Assembly: GCF_963921235.1 (NCBI RefSeq)
Contig: NC_086097.1
Span: 32,428,001-32,492,000 of the forward strand
Direction: 5' to 3'
Length of the DNA stretch: 64,000 nt
Source: Mobula hypostoma
Lineage: Eukaryota
Position numbers and translations under genes: made by a program
In this document: piece by piece, positions 1 to 10,758 of the stretch
Position numbering within the stretch: the stretch's first letter is position 1
How the letters are laid out: every line of letters starts with the position of its first letter
The notes under the pieces: generated by a model
Databases searched by the model: none
Told to the model about the DNA's origin: nothing
Seen by the model: only the letters and a program-made list of their open reading frames with translations

Positions 1-150
1 ATAGTCTTGGTGAGTGTCCACGTCTCGCATCCGTACGTGATAATGGACTCTATGACTGCCATGAAAATCCTCTTTTTAAGCCCTCTGGTCAGGTTCGACT
101 TCCAGATTTCCTCCATGTCGTTCATAGCCCTCCACGCCAGCGCCTTCCGC
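1..150 (-). mobile_element. RTE-clade LINE fragment (region C-terminal to RT core)
   Basis: Minus frame reads RKALAWRAMNDMEEIWKSNL..KKRIFMAVIESIITYGCETWTLTK, typical of RTE ORF2. Confidence 0.75.
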
Positions 151-1462
151 ATCAAGAACAGTTACTACCCCTCAACCATCAGGCTCTCGATTGAAGGGGG
201 ACATTCTATTTCTGGTCCCACAACAGATGGTCCAGTTTAAGGGCTCTTTATAGTGTTACTTCATATTATTTATTCATTGCTATTTATTTATATTTGCACA
301 GTTTGTTGTTCGTTGATCCTGTTTGTAGTTACTGTTCCATAGGTTAGCTAAGTATGCCCACAGGAAAAAGGATTTTAGGGTTGTACGTGGTGACATGTCC
401 GTACTCTGATAATAAATTTTACTTTGAACTTTACTGCCTGGCTTGGTGCAGCATCCTCTCACTATGCCAGAACTTACAGCGAACTGCCAGATCAGCTGCA
501 GTCAACCATCGCTGCAGGACAAAGAAGCAGACAGTTAATCATGAACACTACCCACTCAGCTAACTGCCTTTTCTAAAAACTCCCTTCTGGGAGGCGCGGT
601 AGGGCTTTTAAAACAAACACTTCATGCCAGCTCAAGCAGTTAATCTGATCAACCATTCTAGTTAGTTCTCCACCCCCATCTATTTATTACCTCAGTCACT
701 GAGCTGTAAACACATTCGACCTTTTTTATAATGTTGCATTCATCATAAATACAGACAGGTATTTATGAATATTTTATTGTATATTCATACTTTAAGTTCT
801 AACTTTATTTTTACTCCTTATTCTCTATAATTGTTAAATGTTGTTTTTGCTGCGGTATCCTATACTGACCAACACAACAAATTCCTAATACAACACTTCA
901 GAACAACCAGATTTAATACACTAGCATGTGTCGTGAAATTTAGCTTTACGGAAGCAGTACGATGAAATACATGATAAATAAATATAGAAAATAAAATTAG
1001 TTACATTACAAATATATGTTTATTAAACAGTGAAAATAAGTAGTGCAAAATAACAGAAATTTAAAAAAGTATGAGGAAGAGTTCATGGGTTCAATATCCA
1101 TTTAGAATCGGATGGCAGAGGGGAAAAAGCGGTTCCGCTGTGTGCCTTCAGGTTTCTGCACCTCCTTCTCAACGCGAACAACGAGACGAGGGCATGTCCC
1201 GCGTGGTGGGGGTCCTTCATCTTGGATGCCGCCTTTCTGAGGCACCGCTCCTAGAAGATGTCTTGGATACTATAGAGGTTGGTAAATGTATATAGCGAAC
1301 AAAGTTCATCTTCGACAGTTATTCGTCGTGCGCTATTTATTATTTTTGTAACATACAATAATCTGTATGTCTTGCACTGTACTGCTGCCGCAAAAACACA
1401 AATTTCACGCGATAAACCTGACTCAGGACTCTCACAGATGCGGGTACAAACCCCTCCCTCAC

Positions 1463-1639
1463 CTGACAGCTGATGAAAGCACTCCAATCCTCCGGGGTTT
1501 GAGTTCAGGACCCACTGACACCTCGACTGAGAAGGAAGTATCCTCGGTGTACGTGTCCCAGTTCCCAAGGCCAAAAACAACCAAGTACTTGGGCAGAGGG
1601 AGCTCCAGGCGGCAGCGAAAGACGGAGCCGCCGGGTTCC
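1463..1639 (-). CDS. coding exon 2 of unidentified gene (REPGGSVFRCRLELPLPKYLVVFGLGNWDTYTEDTSFSVEVSVGPELKPRRIGVLSSAV); continues left of the window
   Basis: Acceptor ctcctctccattgccttgcag| with CTCAC branch motif ~26 nt upstream; donor CAG|GTGAGG; 177 nt, phase 2/2, no stops, globular-looking composition. Confidence 0.8.
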
Positions 1640-1645
1640 CTGCAA

Positions 1646-2178
1646 GGCAATGGAGAGGAGAGGGGTGAGAGCTGGTGGGCAGGCAATGGAGAGGAGAGGG
1701 GTGGTGGACAGGCAATGGAGAGGAGAGGAGAGGGGTGGTGGACAGGCAATGGAGAGGAGAGGAGAGGGGTGGTGGACAGGCAATGGAGAGGAGAGGAGAG
1801 GAGAGGGGTGGTGGACAGGCAATGGAGAGGAGAGGAGAGGAGAGGAGAGGGGTGGTGGACAGGCAATGGAGAGGAGAGGGGTGAGAGCTGGTGGGCAGGC
1901 AATGGAGAGGAGAGGGGTGGTGGACAGGCAATGGAGAGGAGAGGAGAGGGGTGGTGGACAGGCAATGGAGAGGAGAGGAGAGGGGTGGTGGACAGGCAAT
2001 GGAGAGGAGAGGAGAGGAGAGGGGTGGTGGACAGGCAATGGAGAGGAGAGGAGAGGAGAGGGGTGGTGGACAGGCAATGGAGAGGAGAGGAGAGGGGTGG
2101 TGGATAGGCAATGGAGAGGAGAGGGGTGAGAGCTGGTGGGCAGGCAATGGAGAGGAGAGGAGAGGGGTGGTGGGCAGG
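1646..2178. repeat. purine-rich intronic minisatellite, ~15 units of GGCAATG(GAGAG)nGGGTGGTGGACA plus a variant unit
   Basis: Directly visible tandem units of 29-44 bp; the variant unit recurs at ~1646, ~1862 and ~2107. Confidence 0.95.
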
Positions 2179-2303
2179 CGCGTTCGGAAAAGAGCATAGT
2201 AACCACCGGAATTATCGGAGACGGCCACGGACGGTGGCGAGGCGGGGATAAGAGACACAGGGTGAAGGCGGAGAGGCGCCGCTGGGGTCGGCGACCCCGT
2301 TAC

Positions 2304-2356
2304 CTCAGCAACCTGCCAGGCGGCTCCACCAGTGAGCGCACCGCGTAAAACTCCAT
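2304..2356 (-). CDS. coding exon 1 of unidentified gene (MEFYAVRSLVEPPGRLL)
   Basis: ATG at 2356 in Kozak context (gaacgATGG) in a CpG island; donor GAG|GTAACG; 53 nt, phase 2, joins in frame to the exon at 1463-1639. Confidence 0.75.
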
Positions 2357-2760
2357 CGTTCAAAACCCCCGCCTTCAATAACCACGCAGGACGCGTCACC
2401 ACCCCAAAGACCAAGACCCGCCCTTTCTCCTGGCGTCACCCATCAGACCACGCCCTATCCTCAACGTCAATGATAAGCCCCGCCTTTCCCAGTGCCGTCA
2501 CAGACAAGACCACGCCCCATGACCTAGGCACCGCCCTTGCAGTAACGTCACTGTGAATTGTAAATCCACCCTCGGGATCATGGACGTGTCCCGCTTGTCC
2601 GACTTGATAACTGTCCAGGTCACACACTTCATCTCTTGTTGTCGCCTCCAGTCCTGCTTCCCTTCACCCCAACATTGACACAAGATTCCCCTTTCGACAT
2701 CACTCCAGACCAGGCTCCGTACTGTGATTTCAATGCTATCCCCACCCCGCCTCCAGCTCA
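2357..2760 (-). promoter_or_regulatory. CpG-island promoter of the unidentified gene
   Basis: High CpG density; GC boxes CCCGCC near 2368, 2417 and 2479; KLF-type CCACGCCC near 2448 and 2510; ACGTCA half-CRE sites. Confidence 0.65.
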
Positions 2761-3744
2761 CTGCACAGAGACACAGACATGCTGAGGGTCGGGCAGCATC
2801 TGTGAAGGCAGGGGAATGGGGTCATGGAGAGGGGCGAGGGGCACACTATCAGTCACACTACCCTGCACAGATGCTGCCCGACCTGCTGAGTGCCCCAGCG
2901 GATGTTAGAGTCCTGATCGAGGGTCTCAGCCCAAAACGTTGACTCTTTATTCCCCTCCATAGATATTGCCTGACCTACTGAATTCCTCCAGCATTTGGTG
3001 TGTGTTACTCTGCATCTCCGACATCTGCAGCCTGCGGTGTCCTCATTTGCTGTAGAGTGTACACTTAGCAGGGTCCCCACCCAGAACAACGGTTGTTCAC
3101 TCCCCAACGCTACAGCCCCCGCCGCCCACCCCCCCCCCCCACCACCACGCCAGGTCCCCAGCAATCTGGTTTTAGCTTCATTCACTTTGAAATTGGTATT
3201 GGTCTATTATTGTCACATGTACCAAGGAACAGTGAAAAGCTTGTCCTGCATACAGTTCATACAGATCAGATCATTGCACAGTGCATTGAAGTAGTACAAG
3301 GTTAAACAATAACAGAACGCAGAATAGTGTTACATTTACAGATAAAGTACTGTTCCAGTAGAAAATAAGGTGTAAGATCATAACAAGATAGAATGTAGGT
3401 CAAGAGTCTATCTTATTGAACTCTATCATAGTCTTGTAACTGCAGGGTACAAGCTGTCCTTGAACCTGGCAGTAGATCTAGATCTGTCCGATAGAAGAGG
3501 CCGAATAGAGAACATCTGGGGTGGGTGGGTATCTTTGTTTATCCCGGCTGCCTTACCAAGAGAGCACGAAGTGTAGGCAGTCCATGAAGGGCAGGTTGGT
3601 TTCCGTAATGTACTGAGCTGTACCTACTTTAGACACTTGTGTGATTTAATATTCTACAGTACGTGGTCATCATAGATAGGCAAGGTCAATGTTTACTGCC
3701 CATTCCCTCTAAGTGAGAGATTGAATCTTCAGTCTCCTTGAATT

Positions 3745-4265
3745 TAAAAACGCAAACACGAGGAAATCTGCAGATGCTGGAATTTCAAGCAACACACATC
3801 AAAGTTGTGAATGCAGCAGGCCAGGCAGCATCTCTAGGAAGAGGTACAGTCGACATTTTGGGCCAAGACCCTTCGTCAGGACTAACTGAAGGGAGAGCTA
3901 GTAAGAGATTTGAAAGTGGGAGAGGGAGGGGTGGGATCCAAAATGATAGGAGAAGACAGGAGGGGGAGGGATGGAGCCAAGAGCTGGACAGTTGATTGGC
4001 AAAAGGGATATGAGAGGATCATGGGACAGGAGGCCCAGGGGGAAATAAAAAAGGGGGAGGGGGGAAAACCAGAGGATGGGCAAGGGGTATAGGACGCTAG
4101 CAGTCCAACCTGATGGCATGTCCATCTGGGTAGCCTCCAACCTGATGGCATGAACATTGACTTCTCAAACTTCCGCTAATGCCCCACCTCCCCCTTGTAC
4201 CCCATCCGTTATTTATTTATATACACACATTCTTTTTCTCTCTCTCCTTTTTCTCCCTCTGTCCC
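3745..4265. mobile_element. Penelope-like element terminal repeats in inverted arrangement
   Basis: 3745-4090 is the reverse complement of the 9590-9937 copy; 4122-4265 is the forward GSLQPDGMNIDFSN GIY-YIG tail; degenerate hammerhead at ~3848-3883 (-). Confidence 0.75.
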
Positions 4266-4269
4266 CCTG

Positions 4270-7200
4270 ACTCCCTCCCCATCATCCTCAAGACAGATGC
4301 ACACCAGGGCTGTTGTACACTCTGCTTACACACGACTGCATGGCCAAACACCCAAATAATCACAATGTCAAGTTCACTGAGGACACACCAGGGCGGGGCT
4401 CATCACAAATATTGTTGAGACAGCCTACAGAAGGGAAGTGGAAAAGCCCGAGGCATGGTGCCAGGCAAATAACCTCTTCCGCAATGTCAACAAGGACTAC
4501 ATCTGCAGCATGCTGCCACCAACACTGGACGCTCTACCATTTGCCTACCAACACAACTGATCGACAGATGACGCAATAGCTACAGCTCTACACACTGTCC
4601 TTACATATCTGGAGAAGAAGGATGATTATGTGAAAAAGCTGTTCCTGGACTACAGTTCAGCTTTCAACACCATAATTCCCTCCAGGCTTGACAAGAAGCT
4701 CAGAGACCTCTGCCTTCACCCTGCCTTGTGCAGCTGGATCCTGGACTTCCTGTCAGATCGCCGGCAGGCGGTAAAAGTGGGCTCCCTCACTTCTGCCCCT
4801 CTGACCCTCAACACAGATGCCCCTCAGGGCTGTGTCCTAAGCCCCCTCTTTTACTCTCTGTATACCACGACTGTGTCACCACCCACAGCTCCAATCTGCT
4901 AATGGAGATGGGCTAACCCCTATTGAGATTAATGGATCTGGGGTTGAGAGGGTAAACAGCTTTAAGTTCCTCGGCATCCACATCACCGAGGACCTTACGT
5001 GGTCTGTGACGCTGGTCTGACCACAACAGCGCCTCTTTCACCTCAGATGGTTGAGGAAATTTGATATAGGTCCCCAAATCCTAAGAACTTTCTACAGGGG
5101 CACAATTGAGAGCATCCTGACTCGCATGGGAATTGTACCTCCCTTAATCTGCAGAGAGTGGTGCGGACAGCCCAGCGCATCTGTGGATGTGAACTTCCCA
5201 CTATTCAGTACATTTACAAAGACAGGTGCATAAAAAGGGCCTGAAGGATCATTGGGGACCCAAGTCACCCCAGCCACAAACTGTTCCAGCTGCTAACATC
5301 TGGGTAACAGTACTGCAGCATAAAAGCCAGGACGAACAGGCTCCGGGACAGCTTCTGCCACCAGGCCATCAGACTGATCAACCCACACTGATTTGAGTGT
5401 ATTTCTATGTTACATTGACTGTACTATTTATTATAAATTACAATGATTGCACATTTAGACGGAGACATAACGTAAAGAAGTTTACTAGTCATGTATGTGA
5501 AGGATGTAAGAAATAAAGTCAATTCAATTCAATAAATTTGTTGACGATACTACATTGATTGACCTTATCTCAAATAATAACGATCAGCCTACAGAGAAGA
5601 AGTCATCACCCTGACACAGTGGTGTCAAGAGAGCAACCTCTCCCTCAATGTTGCAAAAACAAAGGACTGGTTGTGGACTACAGAAGGAATGGAGACGGCT
5701 AACCCCTATAGACATCAATAGATCTGGGGTTGAGAGGGTGAACAGCTTTAAGTTCCTCGGCATACACATCACCGAGGATCTCACGTGGTCTGTACATACC
5801 TGCTGTGTGGTGAAAAAAAAGCACAACAGCACCTCATTTACCTCAGACAGCTGAAGAAGTTTGGCATGAGTCCCCAAATCCCAAAGACTTTCTACAGGGG
5901 CACAATTGAGAGCATCCTGACTGGCTGCATCACTGTCTGGTATGGGAACTGTAATTCCCTCAATCACAGGGCTCTGTAGAGAGTGGTGCGGACAGCCCAG
6001 AGCATCTGTAGATGCAAAATTCCCACTATTCAGGACATTTACAAAGATAGGTGAATAAAAAGGGCCCGAAAGATCATTGGGGATCAGAGTCAGCCCAACT
6101 ACAAACTGTTCCAGCTGCTACCATCCAGGAAACGGTACCGTAGCACTAAAGCCAGGACCAACAGGCTCTGGGACAACTTCTTCCACCAGGCCATCAGACT
6201 GATTAATTCAGAATCAGAATCAGAATCAGGTTTATTATCACTGGCATGTGTCATGAAATTTGTTAACTTAGCAGCAGCAGTTCAATGCAATACATAATAG
6301 AGAAAATAATAAATCAATCAATCAATCAATTACAGTTCACGTATATTGAATAGATTAAAAATCGTGCCATAAACAGAAATAATATATTTTTAAAAAGTGA
6401 GGTAGTATCCAAGGGTTCAATGTCCATTTAGGAATCGGATGGCAGAGGGGAAGAAGTTGTTCCTGAGTCGCTGAGATGTGTGCCTTCAGGCTTCTGTATC
6501 TCCTACCTGATGGTAACAGTGAGAAAAGGGCATGCCCTGGGTGCTGGAGGCCTTTAATAATGGACGCTGCCTTTCTGAGACACTGCTCCCTGAAGATGTC
6601 CTGAGTATTTTGTAGGCTAGTGCCGAAGATGGAGCTGACTAGATTTACAACCCTTTACAGCTTCAATTGTATTTCTATGCTATATTGACTATCCTGTTGT
6701 AGATACTCTTTATTACAAACTACTATAAATTGCACATTTAGATGGAGACGTAACGTAAAGATTTTTACTCATGTATGTGAAGTTTGTAAGAAATAACGTC
6801 CAGTCAATTCAATTCAATAAAGGAGATGGTTATTCACTTCAGGAGAACCTGCACCTCTCACACGCCTCTTTATATCAGTGGCATAGCAGTAGAAACTGAG
6901 AGCAGTTTCAAACTCTTGGAAATGTTTAACCCCTCATGGACCCAGAGCACATCCTACATAACCAAGAAAGTGCACCAATTCTTCTCCTTTCTGTGGAGGC
7001 TCAAGACAGCTGGGCTATGCACATTCATACTCATGTGCTTCAACATATTACCCTAACAAGCTGCATCACTGCATGGTACACAAACTACACTGCAGTAGAC
7101 AGGAAGATTTAACAATGGATAGTCAAAACATCAGTGGTACCAGCCTACCCACCCAAGGACATATATACAGAAAGGTACCAGAAAAAGGCCAACAAAATCA

Positions 7201-7395
7201 TGAAGGTCCCCTCCCACTCTGTTCATGAACTGTTTGTCCCACTCCCATCAGGGAAAAGGGGACGTAGCATCCATGGGCAGGACCAACAGACTCAAAAAGT
7301 TACTTTCTCCAAGCAGAAAGGCTGATCCACACCTCCACCCACGAACCCACCCCTCCACAACCACTACTTTGTTATTTCCTGTCAGAGTCACCTTA
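4270..7395 (+). mobile_element. cluster of Rex1/Babar-type LINE RT and 3' fragments, with one minus-strand copy at 6209-6660
   Basis: LFLDYSSAFNTIIP, PQGCVLSPL, VERVNSFKFLGIHI, FYRGTIESILTGCITVWYGN motifs; (AATTC)n and (AGAATC)n tails. Confidence 0.8.
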
Positions 7396-8770
7396 TAAGA
7401 CCATAGGATATAGGAGGAGAATTGGGCTATTTGTCCCATCAAGTCTGCTCCACCATTCCATCATGGCTGATTTATTATCCCTATCAACCCCATTCTCCTG
7501 TCTTCTTCTCGGTACCTTTGATGCCCTGATTATCAGCCACTGCCTTAAATATATCCAATGAGTTGATCTGCACAGTGACAACAGCTTCACAAATTCACCA
7601 CCCTCTGGCTTAAGAAATTTTTCCTCATTTCTGTTCAAAATTGATGCCCTCAATTCTGAGGCTATGCCCTCTGGTCCATTATAGGAAACATCCTCTCCAC
7701 ATCCACTCTGTCAAGACCTTTTGATATCTGATACCTTTCAATGAAATCCCCCTTCATTCTTCTAAACTCCAGCAAATACAGGCCCAAAGTCATCAATTGC
7801 TCTTCATCTGTTACCCCTTTCATTCCTGGGATCATTCTCATGAACCTCCTCTGGACCCATAAGATATAGGAGCAGAATTAGGCCATTCAGCCCATCGAGT
7901 CACCTCCATCATGGCTAATCCCAGATCACACTCAACCCCATACACCTGCCTTCTTTCTCAGGAAACGATCAACTTCTGCCTTAAATATACCCACGGACTT
8001 GGCCTCCATTGCAGTCTGTGGCAGAGCGATCCGCAGATTCACTACCCTCTGGCTAAAAAAAATTCCTTCTTATCTTTGTTCTGAAAGGCTGCCCCTCAAT
8101 TTTGAGGCTGTGCTCTCTGAATCTGGATACCTCCCACCATTGGAAACATCCTCCCCACATCCACCCTATCTAGTCCTTTCAATACTCGGTAGGTTTCAGT
8201 GAGATCCCTATGCGTTCTTCCGAATTCCAATGAGTACTGGCCCAAAGCTGCCAAACACTTCTCATATATTAACCCCTTTATTCCTAGGATCATCCTCGTG
8301 AACCTCCTCTGGACTCTTTCCAATGACAACACATCCTTTCTGAGATATGGGGCCCAAAACTGTTGATAATACTTCGTGCGGCCTGACTAGTGTCTTATAA
8401 AGGCTCAAGCATTATCTTCTTGTTTTTATATTCTATTGTCCTTGAAATAAATGCCAACATTGCATTTGCCTTCTTTACCACAGACACAATCTGTAAATTA
8501 TTCCAATGTCAACACATCTTTTCTTAGATAAGGGGGCTCAAAATTGCTCACAATACTCCAGCTGTCTTCTGCACTCTGGTTGATCTTTCCTTGATCCTGT
8601 TATACTTACTATTCTATAGATTTGCTGAGTATGCCTGCAGGAAAATGAATTTCAGGGTTGTATATGGTGACATATATACATTTTGATAATAAAATGTACT
8701 TTGAACTTTGACAAATGCCTTATAAAGCCCCAGCATTATATCCTTGTTTTTGTATTCTGATCCTCTCAAA

Positions 8771-8793
8771 ATAGATAGATAGATAGATAGATA
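8771..8793 (+). repeat. (ATAG)n microsatellite, tail of a minus-strand retroposon fragment (~8771-9040)
   Basis: ATAG x5, next to TTTATT (AATAAA on the minus strand). Confidence 0.8.
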
Positions 8794-9185
8794 TACTTTA
8801 TTGATCCTGAGGGAAATTGGGTTTCGTTACAGCTGCACCAACCAAGAGTAGAGCATAAATATAGCAATACAAAAACCACAAACAATCAAACAACAAAATG
8901 CAAACTATGCCAGTTGGAAAATAAGTCCAAGACCAGCCTATTGGCTCAGGGTGTCTGACCCTCCACGGGAGGAGCTGCAAGTTCAATGGCCACAGGCAGG
9001 AACAACCTCCCGTGCCACCCAGTATTTTATCTCGGTGGATGCTAACATTGCATTTGTCTTCTTTACCACTGGCTTAACTTGAAGGTTATCTTTAGGGAAT
9101 CCTGCACGAGGACTCCCAAGTCCCTTTGCACCTCTGATTTTTGAATTTTCAACCATTTAGAAAATTGTCCATACGTTTATTCCTG

Positions 9186-9937
9186 GACACCTTCATGGAC
9201 ACCCCGCTCTGGTCTTCTGCCTGCTCTGGATCTCTTTATTGCATCTTCCACTCCCACTGATGACCCCTTCTCCTGTCTTCAACCCTCCTCTTCTTCATGG
9301 ACACCCCGCCCTGGTCTTCTGCCTGCTCTGGATCTCTTTATTGCTATTTTAATTCCACATCCCATTCCCATTCTGACATGTCTATCCACGGCCTCCTCTA
9401 CTGAAAAGATGAAGCCACACTCAGGTTGGAGGAACAACACCTTATATTCCGTTTGGGTAGCCTCCAACCTGATGACATGAACATTGACTTCTCTACCCTC
9501 CGCTAATGCCCCACCTCCCACTCGTACCGCACCCGTTATTTATTTATATACACACATTCTTTCTCTCACTCTCCTTTTTCTCCCTCTGTCCCTCTGACTA
9601 TACCCCTTGACCATCCTCTGTCCCCCCCCCCCGCCACCTTGTCTTTCTCCCTGGGCCTCCTGTCCCATGATCCTCTCATATCCCTTTTGCTAATCACCTG
9701 TCCAGCTCTTGGCTCCATCCCTCCCCCTCCTGTCTTCTCCTATCATTTTGGATCTCCCTCTCCCCCTCCCACTTTCACATCTCTGACTAACTCTTCCTTC
9801 AGTTAGTCCTGACGAAGGGTCTCGGCCTGAAACGTCGACTGTACCTCTTCCTAGAGATGCTGCCTGGCCTGCTGCGTTCACCAGCAACTTTGATGTGTGT
9901 TGCTTGAATTTCCAGCATCTGCAGAATTCCTGTTGCT
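9186..9937 (+). mobile_element. young Penelope-like element 3' part with GIY-YIG tail and hammerhead motif
   Basis: EATLRLEEQHLIFRLGSLQPD.MNIDFS coding remnant; TTTATTCCT present on both flanks; internal ~50 bp duplication at ~9192 and ~9293. Confidence 0.8.
9805..9840 (+). ncRNA. minimal type I hammerhead ribozyme motif
   Basis: AGTC-CTGACGA-AGG gtctcgg CCT-GAAAC-GTC-GACT: stem I AGTC/GACT, intact core, stem II AGG/CCT, palindromic ACGT stem III, GUC cleavage triplet. Confidence 0.75.
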
Positions 9938-10146
9938 TGCATTTATTCCTTCTGCCCAAAGTACATTCCCATGTCCTTTTCTACAATATATTCCATCTGA
10001 CATTTCTTTACCCATTTCCCCAGTCTAAGTCCTTCTTCATACACCCTTCCTCCTCAACATTAACTGCCCCTCCACCTAACTTTGTAACATCCACAAACTT
10101 GGCCACAAAACCATTAATTCCATCATGCAAATAATTGACATACTAT

Positions 10147-10758
10147 GTGATCCTGATCAAAAAGGCGCAACAGTGCCTTTATTTCCTGCGGAGCATCAAG
10201 AAAGCTCACCTCTGTCCCAGGATACTGACGGACTTTTACCGCTGTACCATTGAGAGCATACTCACCAACTGCATCTCAGTGTGGTATGGCAATTATCCCG
10301 TATTGGACCGCAAAGCCCTCCAGCGTGTGGTGAAAACTGACCAGCGGATTATCGGCACCCAATTGTCCATCATTGAGAACATCTACCATAAACGCTGCCT
10401 GGGCGGGGTGAAAAGCATTATCAAGGATGCATCTCACCCTAACCATGGACTTCTTACTTTCCTCCATCCGGTAGGTGCTACAGGAGCCTCCGCTCCTGCA
10501 CCAGCAGGCACAGGAAGAGCTTCTTCCCTGAGGCTGTGACCCTGCTGAACCTCACATCACAGCGCTAAGCAGTGTTGCACCCATATTGTACTGTCTCAGT
10601 ACTTTTATACTTGTGTGCTGTAGCACTTATTTTTATTCGCAGTTATTTTGTAAATAACACTACTCTTTTGCGCTTCTGGTCAGATACTAATTGCATTTCA
10701 TTGGCTTTGTATCTGTACTCGGCATAATGACGATAAAGTTGAATCTAATCTAATCTAA
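10147..10758 (+). mobile_element. Rex/Babar LINE 3' fragment nested in CR1
   Basis: KKAQQCLYFLRSIKK..FYRCTIESILTNCISVWYGN..LQRVVKT; (AATCT)n tail. Confidence 0.8.

Noticed and set aside
1251..2414. 387-aa ORF and several overlapping long ORFs on both strands
   Set aside because: They arise from the stop-free minisatellite; the credible coding signal is two short spliced exons
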